A stretch of 64,000 nucleotides of DNA, taken from positions 6,816-70,815 of the forward strand of contig CALGAO010000031.1 in assembly GCA_937957685.1 (NCBI GenBank), written 5' to 3'. The translations under genes and the position numbers were made by a program. Shown here one piece after another: positions 31,103-41,602 of this stretch. The DNA comes from an uncultured Paenibacillaceae bacterium. Its GTDB lineage: Bacteria; Bacillota; Bacilli; Paenibacillales; DA-C8. Position 1 is the stretch's first letter. The number at the start of each line of letters is the position of its first letter. The notes under the pieces were generated by a model. It worked only from the letters and a program-made list of their open reading frames with translations, ran no database searches and was not told where the DNA came from.

Positions 31103-32005
31103 TCACGTTTTTCTGCCTTTGCCGGCAATCCGCGGGTCCATATAGTCACGCAGTCCGTCGCCAAGCAGGTTCAGGCTCAGCACGGACAGGACGATCATCG
31201 CTCCCGGGCAGACGATCATCCACCAGGCCTTGGAGATGACGAGCTTGCCCGCTTGCAGGATGTTGCCCCAGCTCGGATCAGGAGCCGGAATGCCAACGCC
31301 GAGGAAGCTCAGCGCCGCTTCCGAGATGATCGCCTCCGCGAACACGAAGCTGGCCTGTACCAGGAGCGGCGACAGCGTGCCCGGCATGATATGCTTCCAT
31401 ATGATGCGCGAGCTGCTCGCCCCCTGCACGACCATGGCTTCGATATACGTCAGATTGCGCACGGACAGCGCGGCCGACCTGACGATGCGGGCCACACTTG
31501 GCGTGGATACGATCGTCAGGGCGATCACGACGTTGGTCACGGACGCGCCAAGCGCCGCCATCAGCGCGATCGCCAGCAGCACGCCGGGGATCGCGTACAG
31601 CCCGTCGCAGATACGCATCAGGATATGGTCGAGCGCGCGATAATAGCTCGCATACAGCCCGATCACCAGACCGAGCAGCGAGGACAGCAGCGAGACGAGC
31701 AGACCTACGCCGATCGACACCCGCGCGCCGTAGATGATCCGTGTGAGCAGGTCGCGGCCAAATTCATCCGTGCCGAACCAATGCTCCGGGCTCGGCGCCT
31801 TCAGCCGATCCACGACCTTCATCTCCGCCGGATCATAGGGCGCAAACAGCGGGCCGATCAGCGCGATCAGAACGAGCAGCAGGAAGATGCCGGCACCGAT
31901 CAGCAGGCCATAATTCGATTTTAACCGCAGGAGGCGCAGCTTCCGCTGCTCTCCCAGCATTTGTTTCCTGATCGTCGCAAGATCAGTCGGTTGTTGAACA
32001 GTCAT
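31103..32005 (-). CDS. Peptide ABC transporter permease (OppC-like)
   Basis: HWFGTDEFGRD, EAALSFLGVG, NLLGDGLRD. Confidence 0.92.
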   Translation of the reverse strand: MTVQQPTDLATIRKQMLGEQRKLRLLRLKSNYGLLIGAGIFLLLVLIALIGPLFAPYDPAEMKVVDRLKAPSPEHWFGTDEFGRDLLTRIIYGARVSIGVGLLVSLLSSLLGLVIGLYASYYRALDHILMRICDGLYAIPGVLLAIALMAALGASVTNVVIALTIVSTPSVARIVRSAALSVRNLTYIEAMVVQGASSSRIIWKHIMPGTLSPLLVQASFVFAEAIISEAALSFLGVGIPAPDPSWGNILQAGKLVISKAWWMIVCPGAMIVLSVLSLNLLGDGLRDYMDPRIAGKGRKT

Positions 32006-32027
32006 GGTCGTACTCCCCTAACACGCA

Positions 32028-32978
32028 TTAACGGCGCCCCAGTCTGACTCTGGGGTCGACAGCTCCGTACAGCAGGTCCACCACCAGGTTGATGCCCACA
32101 TAGATGATCGTGATGATCAGCACCACGCCCTGGATTACCGCATAATCACGCCGCTCGATCGAATTGATGATGAGCTGCCCGAGGCCAGGTATATTAAAAA
32201 TCGATTCCACGACAACCGCGCCCGTCACGAGCGTCCCGAACGATTGGCCAAGCACGGTCAGCACCGGCATCAGGGAATTGCGGAACACGTGTCCGAGCAT
32301 GACGCGGAATTCGTTCAGCCCTTTTGAACGCGCGGTCTTGATGTAGTTGTGGCTCATCGTCTCCAGCATCGCCGCGCGGGTCATGCGCGTGATCAGGGCA
32401 GCCTGGATCGTGCCCAGCGACAAGCCCGGCAGGATCAGAAACTTCAGATGCTCCCACAGCCCGCTGCTCAGCGGCTTGTAGCCGGCGATCGGCAGCCATC
32501 TGAGCTCCACGCCGATCAGCAGCATCAACAGCATCCCGAGCAGGAAGCTCGGCACCGCCATGCCCACGAGAGAGAGGGCCATCAGCGAATAATCCGTCAG
32601 CTTGCCCCGCTTGTAAGCGGCGAGCATGCCGAAGGGAATCGCCAGGATCACGGCGATCAGCTGCGCCAGGATGGCCAGCGACAGCGTTGGCCCGATATGT
32701 TCGGCGATCGCTTGTCCCACCGGTTGCCGCATGAAGATCGAATCGCCCAGATCTCCCCGCAGCAAGCCTCCGACCCAGCTGATGTACTGCTCCAGGATCG
32801 GACGATTGAGGCCGAGCTGCTCATTCAGCGCATCGATCTCCTCCTGGGAGGCTTCCAGACCCAGGATCGATGACGCCGGATCGCCAGGCGTCAGGTGCAT
32901 GATCATGAAGATGACGATGGTCACGACGAACAGCACGGGGATCAGCGATAATATTCGTTTGACCAGATAAGCAGCCAC
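32028..32978 (-). CDS. Peptide ABC transporter permease (OppB-like)
   Basis: PGDPA, GDLGDS, YIKTARSKG, VESIFNIPGLG; GTG start at 32978. Confidence 0.92.
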   Translation of the reverse strand: MAAYLVKRILSLIPVLFVVTIVIFMIMHLTPGDPASSILGLEASQEEIDALNEQLGLNRPILEQYISWVGGLLRGDLGDSIFMRQPVGQAIAEHIGPTLSLAILAQLIAVILAIPFGMLAAYKRGKLTDYSLMALSLVGMAVPSFLLGMLLMLLIGVELRWLPIAGYKPLSSGLWEHLKFLILPGLSLGTIQAALITRMTRAAMLETMSHNYIKTARSKGLNEFRVMLGHVFRNSLMPVLTVLGQSFGTLVTGAVVVESIFNIPGLGQLIINSIERRDYAVIQGVVLIITIIYVGINLVVDLLYGAVDPRVRLGRR

Positions 32979-33076
32979 AGGAATCCCCCATTGCTCATAC
33001 TTCAATATGATATTCTTTATAAATAACATAAGCAGGGTGCTCTGTCGAGACACCCTCCTTAAGTCTTAACGTTCAA

Positions 33077-34684
33077 TTATTTGCGAATCTTCGCGTTCCA
33101 GGCAACCGGCGCTTCAAATTGCTCATATCCCTCGATCTTGGTGGATACGGCAACCAGCGAATTGTAGTGGCCGATGACGGTCGAGGAGCCGATCTCATAC
33201 AGATAGCCCTGCAGTTCCTCCCACACCTTCGCCGCTTCTTCAGAGGAGGAAGCCGATCGGATCGCCACCAGCGAGTCCTTCACCTTCTGATCGTTCAGGC
33301 CTGCCCAGTCCGGCGTTACCGCCAGCAACTGCGGCGGCGTCAGCTGATAGCCGGTGCTGGCCACGAACAGATCCCACTTGCTGCGGTCGTTCTTCGTCTC
33401 GAGGAAGGTCGGGAAGTCGTAGTTGTCCACCTTCACATTCATGCCGATCTGACGAAGCTGCTCCTGGATGACGAGCGTGGCGGTGTACATTTCATTGTAG
33501 TCCTTCGTCGTCAGCAGCGTGATCTCTTCACCGTTGTATCCCGCTTCGCTCAGCAGCTGCTTCGCTTTCTCCACATTGGCCTGGTTGTAGTATTCCGCGC
33601 CCGCATCCGTGGCCCACTGCGTCTGATTCAGGTTCATGTAGCCCGGGTCAAGCGTGTACAGCTCTGGCTTGGCGAAGCTGGCCAGCATGATCTCATCGTT
33701 GTTCAGCGCAGCAAGCACGGCATGACGCAGCTTGACGTTGTTCGCGAACACGCCGTCCGCGGTGTTCAGGAATGCGGTCAGCGTGCCGCCTGCGAAGGTC
33801 TCCAGCTTGATGCCCGGCTCGGCAGCCAGCTCATCGTAGTTTTCGATCGGAATATCCGCCACGATGTCGTACAGACCTGTCTTGGCGCCGGCGATGCGCG
33901 TCGAGTGATCCGTGACGAAGTGGAAGTAGATATGCTCCGTCGGCGCTTCCTTGCGGCCGGAGAAGCCGCTCGGCGCGGAGTCAACCGGTTGATAGTCCTC
34001 GTAACGAACCAGATGGATGTATTGGTCCTGCTTCCACTCCTCGAACTTGTACGGACCGGTGCCGATATACTCGGTTACCCCTTCCGGTCCTGCTGCCTCG
34101 ATGATTTCCTTCGGCATGATCGCCGGGAAGTTGGCTCTGGTCGCCATCAGGATCAGCACGTCGGAAGCCGGCTGTTGCAAGGTCAGCTTGACCGTATAAG
34201 GATCCACTTCTTCGAAGTTCGAGCCGCTCAGCAGCGACTTGGCGCGGGACGAAGTGACGAGCCAGCGGTTCATCGAAGCCACGACGTCCTCGGCCGTCAT
34301 CTCCTTGCCGTTGTGGAACTTCACGCCCTGTCTCAGCCTGAACGTGTAGGTCAGCCCGTCATCGCTGATGTCCACGGACTCGGCCAGCATCGGGACCGGC
34401 TCATAGTCGGCGTTCAACGTGTAGAGCTGTTCGAAGATGTAGAGCGCCGTATTGAGCGCAACCTGGGACACCGTCATCGCCGAATCAAGCGTTGGCGGCT
34501 GAGCCGTTACAGCAATGTTGATCGTATCGCGATATTCGGCTGCGGCTTCTCCCGACGATTCATTGCCGCCTGTCTTGCTATTCCCGGACGAGTTCGACTG
34601 CCCGTTGCTGTTGCCGCCGCAAGCGGTCACGATCAACGCGAGACTCAGCATAACCCCCAGAAACCAAAGCGTTCTCTTCTTCAT
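33077..34684 (-). CDS. Peptide ABC transporter substrate-binding lipoprotein (family 5)
   Basis: Lipobox IVTAC; YTFRLRQGVKFHNG; IGTGPYKF. Confidence 0.92.
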   Translation of the reverse strand: MKKRTLWFLGVMLSLALIVTACGGNSNGQSNSSGNSKTGGNESSGEAAAEYRDTINIAVTAQPPTLDSAMTVSQVALNTALYIFEQLYTLNADYEPVPMLAESVDISDDGLTYTFRLRQGVKFHNGKEMTAEDVVASMNRWLVTSSRAKSLLSGSNFEEVDPYTVKLTLQQPASDVLILMATRANFPAIMPKEIIEAAGPEGVTEYIGTGPYKFEEWKQDQYIHLVRYEDYQPVDSAPSGFSGRKEAPTEHIYFHFVTDHSTRIAGAKTGLYDIVADIPIENYDELAAEPGIKLETFAGGTLTAFLNTADGVFANNVKLRHAVLAALNNDEIMLASFAKPELYTLDPGYMNLNQTQWATDAGAEYYNQANVEKAKQLLSEAGYNGEEITLLTTKDYNEMYTATLVIQEQLRQIGMNVKVDNYDFPTFLETKNDRSKWDLFVASTGYQLTPPQLLAVTPDWAGLNDQKVKDSLVAIRSASSSEEAAKVWEELQGYLYEIGSSTVIGHYNSLVAVSTKIEGYEQFEAPVAWNAKIRK

Positions 34685-34717
34685 TTGATGTTCCTCCCCA
34701 AATTGTATATATCTACC

Positions 34718-34778
34718 AATCCCGACCTCTTTAGTCGGATATAGATCATATCATAGATGGTTTGGTCAGTTTTGTCAA
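34718..34778 (-). promoter_or_regulatory. Sigma-A promoter with a downstream dyad operator (CymR/Rrf2-like)
   Basis: TTGACA(34773-34778)-17nt-TATGAT(34750-34755); dyad AATCCCGAC-CTCTTTA-GTCGGATAT at 34718-34742. Confidence 0.65.
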
Positions 34779-34913
34779 CATGTTCAGTGTCAAAATACGA
34801 AAAGAATTCGTTTGTCACGGGCAATTCCCGGATCGCACGGTCAACTCGTCCTTAGAATGCTTGCGTGAACCTGATATTATTCGCCAGACAGCGCGGTATG
34901 CTGGTCAAATACA

Positions 34914-35027
34914 ATCGGTTGTTGCCTATGACACGGATGACCTGACGCGAACGGAACGTGGATTTGTTATGGAATCAACTCAGTCAGAAAAATCGAGCCC
35001 AATCACCCAATAACGCACGGACGTTCC
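34914..35027. repeat. REP/MITE-like intergenic element, copy 2
   Basis: About 80% identical by manual alignment to the reverse complement of 15014-15126. Confidence 0.75.
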
Positions 35028-35080
35028 AACACAACCAACAAAAAAAACGCCCTTATCAGGCGTTTGTTGGTGTTGTAAGA

Positions 35081-35155
35081 TGGTGGACTCGATGGGATTT
35101 GAACCCACGACCCCCACACTGCCAGTGTGATGCGCTCCCACTGCGCTACGAGCCC
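35081..35155 (-). tRNA. tRNA-Ala(GGC)
   Basis: 75-nt cloverleaf; anticodon loop CTGGCAG; G3:U70 alanine identity pair; encoded CCA. Confidence 0.95.
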
Positions 35156-35321
35156 ACGAGATAGCTTATTGCTTGATTCTGTTGCGAACATTACCGATTA
35201 TATATCATCGTCGGGCAGAAGGCAAGATGGGAGTTGTCATATTTTTCGATGGTAATTTTTTCTAATTAAACCTGTCTGGAGACGAGGAGCTGACATCCCG
35301 CCAGCATCGCCCCCCGTCCGC

Positions 35322-36683
35322 TCAGGTCAGATACGCCAGGAACGCTGTGGCGATGCCGAAGTAGATCAGCAGCGACAGTATGTCATTCAGCGTCGTGATC
35401 AGCGGGCCGGAGGCGATCGCCGGGTCGATGTTCAGCCTGTACAGCACGATCGGCACGACCGTGCCGGTGAGCGTGCCGAAGACGAGCGTGATCGACAGCG
35501 AGCAGCCGACGACCAGGCCGAGCATCAGATTGCCCTGCCACACATAGGCGATGATCGCGATGAGGACGCCGCAGACGAGGCCCAGCAGGATGCCGACCAG
35601 CAGCTCGCGGATGACGAGGCGCTGTACCGTGCCGGCGTCGATATCGCGCACGGTCAGCCCGCGCACCACGACCGCCAGCGATTGCGTGCCGGTGTTGCCG
35701 GTCATCCCGGCGATCATCGGCATGAAAAAGGCCAGGGCGACCACGCTCGCCAGGGTATCCTCAAAACCGCTGATGATCGAGCCCGATACAATGCCGATGA
35801 GCAGGAGCAGGACAAGCCAGGGCAAGCGGCGCATGGCTGCCACCGGCGCTCGCGTGTTGAAGTCGATCGCCTTGCCAGAAGCGGACAGCCGCTCGATATC
35901 CTCCGTCGCTTCCCGGATGACGACATCGAGGATGTCATCGACCGTGATGATGCCGACGAGGCGCTGATCATGATCCACCACCGGCAGGGCAAGGAAGTTG
36001 TACCGTTCGATCATCCGCGCCGCTTCCTCCTGGTCCGCATCCGCATGGACGAAGATGACCCGCTCATGCATGATATTCACGATCCTCTCCCCCGGCTCCG
36101 CCAGGATCAGATCGCGATAGGAGAGGACACCGATCAGCCGGCGCCGGTCATCGATCACGTACAGGTAGTTGATCGTCTCCGCGATCGCCGCATACTCCCG
36201 CAGCTTCGCCATCACGTCCTCCACGGTATAGTGCTGCGGCAGCCATACATACCGATCCGTCATGATGCGGCCGGCGGTCTCTGGCGGATATTGCATCAGG
36301 CGGCGCACGGCGTACGACTCACTGGGCCCCATCCTCGCCAGCAGTTCCGTCCGGCGCTCGTCGTCGACTTCCTCCAGCAGGCTGGCCAGGTCGTCGTTGT
36401 CCATCAGATCCATCACCTGCGCCAGCTTGTCGGCACCGAGCTTGGTCAGAACATCGATCTGCAGCTTCCGCTCGAGCTCCTCCACGAGGTCTGTCACCTG
36501 TTCGATCGGCAGCAGGGACACGAACAGCGCGCGACGCTCATCATCGAGATGGCCATAGATGTTCGCCAGGTCATACGGATGCAGCTCATCAACGACGGCC
36601 AGGAATTCCTCCTGGCTCATCTCCCCGATGCCCTGGATGATGCGTTCGTCCCATTGGCGATTGTCTGTACGGTTCGCGTTCAT
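35322..36683 (-). CDS. mgtE: Magnesium transporter MgtE
   Basis: MgtE N-domain, CBS pair, GNTGTQS, DPAIASGPLITTLND. Confidence 0.95.
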   Translation of the reverse strand: MNANRTDNRQWDERIIQGIGEMSQEEFLAVVDELHPYDLANIYGHLDDERRALFVSLLPIEQVTDLVEELERKLQIDVLTKLGADKLAQVMDLMDNDDLASLLEEVDDERRTELLARMGPSESYAVRRLMQYPPETAGRIMTDRYVWLPQHYTVEDVMAKLREYAAIAETINYLYVIDDRRRLIGVLSYRDLILAEPGERIVNIMHERVIFVHADADQEEAARMIERYNFLALPVVDHDQRLVGIITVDDILDVVIREATEDIERLSASGKAIDFNTRAPVAAMRRLPWLVLLLLIGIVSGSIISGFEDTLASVVALAFFMPMIAGMTGNTGTQSLAVVVRGLTVRDIDAGTVQRLVIRELLVGILLGLVCGVLIAIIAYVWQGNLMLGLVVGCSLSITLVFGTLTGTVVPIVLYRLNIDPAIASGPLITTLNDILSLLIYFGIATAFLAYLT

Positions 36684-36818
36684 CGGCTGCCCTCCATCCT
36701 GGGGTGCGCAGAGTGATCCTGCTCATATCATGCCCGATTCAGACATCGCGGCTTCTTTTTGCATACTGGACAACCTGGTCAAACCTTCACATAATGGAGT
36801 ATGGAGGAGAGGATCTGT

Positions 36819-37496
36819 ATGGGCATCCTGAAAAATGACTGGGCCGACATCGTCGGAGATCAATTCGAGCAACCCTACTACAAGAAGCTGCGCGCATTCC
36901 TCATCGAGGAATACCGACACACAACCGTCTATCCGGATATGTACGATATTTTTAACGCGCTGCACTATACGCCATATGCCAATGTCAAGGTGGTCATCCT
37001 GGGGCAGGACCCGTATCATGGTCCGGGGCAGGCGCATGGACTGAGCTTCTCCGTCAAGCCGGGAGTCGCGCCGCCGCCATCGCTGCAGAACATCTTCAAG
37101 GAACTGCACGACGATCTGGGGTGCCGGATACCGAATCACGGCTACCTCGTCAGCTGGGCCGAGCAGGGCGTGCTGCTGCTCAACACCGTGTTAACCGTCC
37201 GTGCCAATACGCCGAACTCGCATCGGAACATCGGTTGGGAGATCTTCACGGACAGCGTGATCCGCGCGCTCAATGCGAAGGAAGAGCCCGTAGTTTTCAT
37301 CCTCTGGGGAAGCCATGCGCAGAAGAAGACCGAGCTGATCACAGACAAACGTCATCATATCATCCGTTCTCCCCATCCCAGCCCGCTCTCCGCACACCGA
37401 GGCTTCTTCGGCAGCAGGCCGTTCTCGGCAGCGAATCGCTTCCTGCAAGCGCAAGGCCGGGGTGAGATCAACTGGCAGTTGCCGCTTGAGGTGTAA
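36819..37496 (+). CDS. ung: Uracil-DNA glycosylase
   Basis: [23 protein letters not shown]. Confidence 0.97.
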   Translation: MGILKNDWADIVGDQFEQPYYKKLRAFLIEEYRHTTVYPDMYDIFNALHYTPYANVKVVILGQDPYHGPGQAHGLSFSVKPGVAPPPSLQNIFKELHDDLGCRIPNHGYLVSWAEQGVLLLNTVLTVRANTPNSHRNIGWEIFTDSVIRALNAKEEPVVFILWGSHAQKKTELITDKRHHIIRSPHPSPLSAHRGFFGSRPFSAANRFLQAQGRGEINWQLPLEV

Positions 37497-37519
37497 GCTT
37501 CAACCAAATCCTGAGTCAT

Positions 37520-37566
37520 AAACGGGGAAGTTCAGCAAGCTGGACGTTTGCTGAACTTCCCCGTTT
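37520..37566. terminator. Bidirectional terminator between ung and nrdR
   Basis: AAACGGGGAAGTTCAGCAA...TTGCTGAACTTCCCCGTTT. Confidence 0.8.
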
Positions 37567-37610
37567 GGCATGCATGTCAATGGCGTTTCCTGGACACACT
37601 AACTCGTAAT

Positions 37611-38108
37611 TCAGGCATCATCCTGCTCTTCCTGAGCGGATGTCTTCGGATGATGGCTCCTCGACAACAAGGCCGAGAGCTCCTTCATGAACATATTGAT
37701 GTCCTTGAACTGCCGATACACAGAAGCAAAACGTACATAAGCCACCTCATCGACCGGGTACAGCTGCTCCATGACCAGCTCGCCGATCTCCCGGCTGTCG
37801 ATCTCTGTGCTGGCGGTATTGCGCAGCTTCTGTTCAACCTCCGATACGATCCTCTCCAGCCGTTCGACAGACACGGGGCGTTTCTCACAAGCCCTGAGCA
37901 GCCCGCGCAGCATCTTGTCACGGCTGAATTCCTCCCTGCTGCCGTCCTTCTTGATGACGATGAGCGGGGTTTCCTCCACCATCTCGAATGTGGTGAATCT
38001 CTTCTGGCACTGCTCGCATTCTCTTCGTCTGCGTATCGATTTGTTATCGTTGGCCGGTCTCGAATCGAGCACCTTGGTGCTGGAATGATCACAATACGGA
38101 CACTTCAT
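37611..38108 (-). CDS. nrdR: Transcriptional repressor NrdR
   Basis: MKCPYC zinc ribbon, IRRRREC, ATP cone, [10 protein letters not shown]. Confidence 0.97.
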   Translation of the reverse strand: MKCPYCDHSSTKVLDSRPANDNKSIRRRRECEQCQKRFTTFEMVEETPLIVIKKDGSREEFSRDKMLRGLLRACEKRPVSVERLERIVSEVEQKLRNTASTEIDSREIGELVMEQLYPVDEVAYVRFASVYRQFKDINMFMKELSALLSRSHHPKTSAQEEQDDA

Positions 38109-38138
38109 AATCTCCCTCCATCCATCCACACATTTCCT

Positions 38139-38168
38139 GAATACAGGACATGAACCCGCTACATAATA
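38139..38168 (+). promoter_or_regulatory. Putative sigma-G promoter of the SASP gene
   Basis: GAATA-18nt-CATAATA. Confidence 0.6.
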
Positions 38169-38198
38169 GGACTACACTCGACAAGGAGGTGAACAACA

Positions 38199-38423
38199 AT
38201 GGCTCAAGGACAATCTCGCAGCAGCAATGTACTGGTTGTACCACAAGCTACAGCTGCACTAGACCAACTGAAATACGAAGTCGCGCAAGAGCTGGGTATC
38301 CAGATACCGCAAGACGGCTATATGGGTAACATGGCAACTCGCGACGCAGGTGCTATCGGGGGCCACATTACTCGTCGTCTTGTTCAGATCGCTGAGCAAC
38401 AACTGGCAGGTCAATTTAAATAA
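38199..38423 (+). CDS. Alpha/beta-type small acid-soluble spore protein
   Basis: LDQLKYEVAQELG, GAIGGHITRRLV; SD AAGGAGG; terminator follows. Confidence 0.95.
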   Translation: MAQGQSRSSNVLVVPQATAALDQLKYEVAQELGIQIPQDGYMGNMATRDAGAIGGHITRRLVQIAEQQLAGQFK

Positions 38424-38517
38424 TGATGACTTATATGGGGGCTGGGCAGCTTAGGCTGTCCGGCCTTTTGTCTTTTGTTTGATCAAGCGATCAGGCCGCC
38501 GGCGTAAGGCAAGTTTT

Positions 38518-39135
38518 CTATGGTGTGCCGGCAAGTTCATTATACAGGTTTTTGTATTTCTTGTAATAGTAATGGACTCTTTGCACATAATGCCTGGTCT
38601 CCTTGTACGGGATCTGCTCGCTTGTATCGAGCCGGCCGTCCCACTTGCCCGTTGCGAGCCACTCCTGCACGGTGCCTTGTCCGGCGTTGTAGGATGCGGC
38701 GACGATCGCCAGGCGGTCCGCCTCCTGATCGAGCCCCGACTTCTCGAAGAATGGGTTGAAATAATCATAGAGATAGCGAAGATACCAGGTCCCCATGCGA
38801 ATGTTGATCGTAGGAGTGTCCAGGATATGCGCCGAGGCCTCGGAGAACTCGGGACTTTGCTCGGCTATCCATCGCGCTGTCTCAGGCATCAGCTGCATGA
38901 TGCCGGTTGCTCCCTTGGACGACACAAGATCCGTCCGGAAGTTGCTCTCCACGCGGATGATCGCCGTGATCACGAAGGGATCGACCAGGTACAGACCCGC
39001 GCTGTGCATGATTTCTTCCTTGTAATGCACCGGATAGATCAGCCTGCCGATGAAGTCCGCATTCCAATACCACAATACCAGCAGAACCATCAGAACGAGC
39101 GCGTACACGCGCGATTTTCGGAGGACAGCCATCAT
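38518..39135 (-). CDS. Lytic transglycosylase (SLT domain)
   Basis: IIRVESNF, GATGIMQLMP, ASYNAG, ETRHYV; N-terminal TM. Confidence 0.92.
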   Translation of the reverse strand: MMAVLRKSRVYALVLMVLLVLWYWNADFIGRLIYPVHYKEEIMHSAGLYLVDPFVITAIIRVESNFRTDLVSSKGATGIMQLMPETARWIAEQSPEFSEASAHILDTPTINIRMGTWYLRYLYDYFNPFFEKSGLDQEADRLAIVAASYNAGQGTVQEWLATGKWDGRLDTSEQIPYKETRHYVQRVHYYYKKYKNLYNELAGTP

Positions 39136-39725
39136 AAACCCTTTCGTTCCAAGTATTGATCCAGTTGCTTCGCCGTTTCCTCCAGACTGCCGCTGTTGTC
39201 GATCACCACATCAGCGAGCCGACGCTTGTCCTCCAGCGGCATCTGGGAACGTATGCGTTCGAGCGCCTGGCTCTCCGTCAGACCGTCGCGTTCCATGAGC
39301 CTGGCGATCTGTACGGGAAGCGGCACGTATACAACCATCACTTCTGAAAACATATGTTGCAGGTTGGATTCATATAACAGCGGAATGTCAGCCACGATCA
39401 GCTTGTCCGGATATTCCGCTTCATATTGCCGGATGCGCCTCAGCATCTCCGCACGGATCGGGGGATGCATGATCGCGTTGAGCTTCAGTCTCTTCTCCTC
39501 ATCGCTGAAAATGATGGAGCCCAGTTTCTTGCGGTTCAATTCGCCGCTCTCAAGCAGCACCTCCTGGCCGAATTCGTCGGCAATCTTCTGCAGAACGGGA
39601 CTGCCTGGCATGACGATTTCCCGGGAAATCTGATCCGCATCGACGATCAGGGTGCCGCGCTCACGCAGCATCCGGGACACGGTGCTCTTGCCGCTCGCGA
39701 TTCCACCTGTCAGACCGATATTCAT
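39132..39725 (-). CDS. coaE: Dephospho-CoA kinase
   Basis: GLTGGIASGKSTV, DIPLLYE, RLMERD. Confidence 0.96.
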   Translation of the reverse strand: MNIGLTGGIASGKSTVSRMLRERGTLIVDADQISREIVMPGSPVLQKIADEFGQEVLLESGELNRKKLGSIIFSDEEKRLKLNAIMHPPIRAEMLRRIRQYEAEYPDKLIVADIPLLYESNLQHMFSEVMVVYVPLPVQIARLMERDGLTESQALERIRSQMPLEDKRRLADVVIDNSGSLEETAKQLDQYLERKGL

Positions 39726-39834
39726 CACGTACACCTCTATCTATCCATCAGATAAGTCCGTTGTTGAACGGGTTGTTGGAACGTATGTGCCTGCTCATGA
39801 GGCTCAAACAGATCATGTCGTCGCTCAGGATGAT

Positions 39835-40590
39835 TCAGATTTGCAGGATTTTGGCCAAACCGAGCGCGATCAGGATGAAGCCAGGGAGCAGGGTGAGTCT
39901 CCTTACCCACGATATACCCGCAGCGGCTGTGCCCACTCCGATGCCGAGCCTCAGGAAGATCGCGCAGAAGATGGCGATGACGCCCGACGTGAACCACGGC
40001 GACATTCCGATGAACGCAGCGCCGATGCCGGCGCCGAAAGCATCCAGCGAGAGCGCTGTGCCGAGCAGAGCAGCTTCTCCGGGCGAGATCGTGCCCGACC
40101 GGTCCATATCCGCGCTGGAAGGAGTGCGCAGGATTTCAATGACGATCCCCAGCGATCTCAGCTCCACTCTCCATACCCGCTTCGGGTCGCATGCGGGAAA
40201 GTCTTGGACAACGCGGGAATCGGTTGTGATGGGGCCCTGTGCTGTTCCCGAATCGCCTTCCGATCGATCACCTGTATCGCCGACCGCTGTCGCCCCGATC
40301 CTGTCATCGCCGTTCTCCTTGCGACGGAGCAACATCTGCAGGACCGCCCACAAGCCGATGAAGATCAGGATCGCGCCGCCCGTCCATCTCACAATTTGCT
40401 CCGGAACCAGCGGCATGATCAGGGAGCCGAGCAGCATCGCGACAAGCATCATCAGACCGGAGCACAGAGCGATGATGGCGATCGATATTCTCGGAATCTT
40501 GATCTGGCGCAAGCCATAGTTCAGACCGACGCCGAAACTGTCCAGGCTCACCGCAAATGCCAGCAACACTATGGAAGCTGTCTGCAGCAT
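39835..40590 (-). CDS. ytaF: YtaF/MntP family membrane protein
   Basis: AVSLDSFGVG and ALSLDAFGAG repeats; conserved position between mutM and coaE. Confidence 0.85.
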   Translation of the reverse strand: MLQTASIVLLAFAVSLDSFGVGLNYGLRQIKIPRISIAIIALCSGLMMLVAMLLGSLIMPLVPEQIVRWTGGAILIFIGLWAVLQMLLRRKENGDDRIGATAVGDTGDRSEGDSGTAQGPITTDSRVVQDFPACDPKRVWRVELRSLGIVIEILRTPSSADMDRSGTISPGEAALLGTALSLDAFGAGIGAAFIGMSPWFTSGVIAIFCAIFLRLGIGVGTAAAGISWVRRLTLLPGFILIALGLAKILQI

Positions 40591-40663
40591 GCTTCCCGCC
40601 TCCCTCATCCTCTCGATACTCAACATGATATGAGGGAAGCATAGATGGGTGCGTGTATGCCAA

Positions 40664-41509
40664 CTAGCGGTTTGTCCGTTTTTTGGGCCGTTGACAGTTC
40701 GGGCAGTAGTGGGTGCCCCGTCCCCCTACCGTGATCTTGCGCAACTCCTTGCCGCAGCGATGGCAAGGCTGACCTTCGCGACCATAGGCGGACAACTGCT
40801 GCTGGAACATGCCCATCTCACCCTGGCCGTTCACATATGACTTGATCGAGCTGCCGCCATGCTTTACGGCTTCGCTGAGCACGCTCACGATCGCTTCATG
40901 CAGTCTGCGCCATTCCTGGGCCGACAGCGAGTCGGGGCTTCGCTCCGGATGGATGCGCGCGGCAAACAGCGCTTCGTCGGCATAGATATTGCCGATCCCA
41001 ACAATATACAGCTGGTTGAGCAGCAGCGACTTGATCTTGCCCTTACGCTGCTGAAGCCTGGCGCGCAGGCTCTCCGTCGTAAACGAATCGTCGAGCGGCT
41101 CCAGGCCAAGCTTGCTGAGCGGCGGACTGGCGAGATCTTCGCCCGGCAGGAACAGATGCATCGTGCCGAATTGGCGAACATCCTTGTAGCGCAGATCGGT
41201 ACCGTCCGTGAACCGGAAGATCACATGCGTGTGTTTCTCCACCGGCTCGTCGGAACGATATACGCCGTATCTGCCTTCCATGCGCAGATGAGACACCAGC
41301 ACGAGCTCATCCAGCAGCAACCGCAGAAACTTGCCCCTGCGCTCGACCCTTTCAAAGGTATGCCCGGCGAGCATCGAAGCGAACAGGGCCGGATCCTCCG
41401 GCCTCCTGATGATGCGCGGCAGGTTCACCTGCACGCGTTCGATCTGCTTGCCGACGATCAGCTCATTCAGAGTGCGCTTGACCGTCTCCACCTCCGGCAA
41501 CTCCGGCAT
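40664..41509 (-). CDS. mutM: Formamidopyrimidine-DNA glycosylase
   Basis: MPELPEVE, HLRMEG, GIGNIYADE, C-terminal zinc finger. Confidence 0.97.
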   Translation of the reverse strand: MPELPEVETVKRTLNELIVGKQIERVQVNLPRIIRRPEDPALFASMLAGHTFERVERRGKFLRLLLDELVLVSHLRMEGRYGVYRSDEPVEKHTHVIFRFTDGTDLRYKDVRQFGTMHLFLPGEDLASPPLSKLGLEPLDDSFTTESLRARLQQRKGKIKSLLLNQLYIVGIGNIYADEALFAARIHPERSPDSLSAQEWRRLHEAIVSVLSEAVKHGGSSIKSYVNGQGEMGMFQQQLSAYGREGQPCHRCGKELRKITVGGRGTHYCPNCQRPKKRTNR

Positions 41510-41602
41510 GATGCTATCTCCCTTCTGGTTGTTGGTTTTCTTTGGCAGGGTTCAGGGACAGAAGGCCTCTCCGGGGATCCCCCTTCCCACCGTAACGGAA
41601 CA

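Noticed and set aside
24400-35320. Active integrative element at tRNA-Lys or tRNA-Ala
   Set aside because: No integrase and no duplicated tRNA 3' end noticed by eye
36684-36818. M-box riboswitch upstream of mgtE
   Set aside because: The ~135-bp divergent gap is too short and no conserved motif was seen
38518-39135. Phage or conjugation origin of the lytic transglycosylase
   Set aside because: Translationally coupled to coaE in a housekeeping operon
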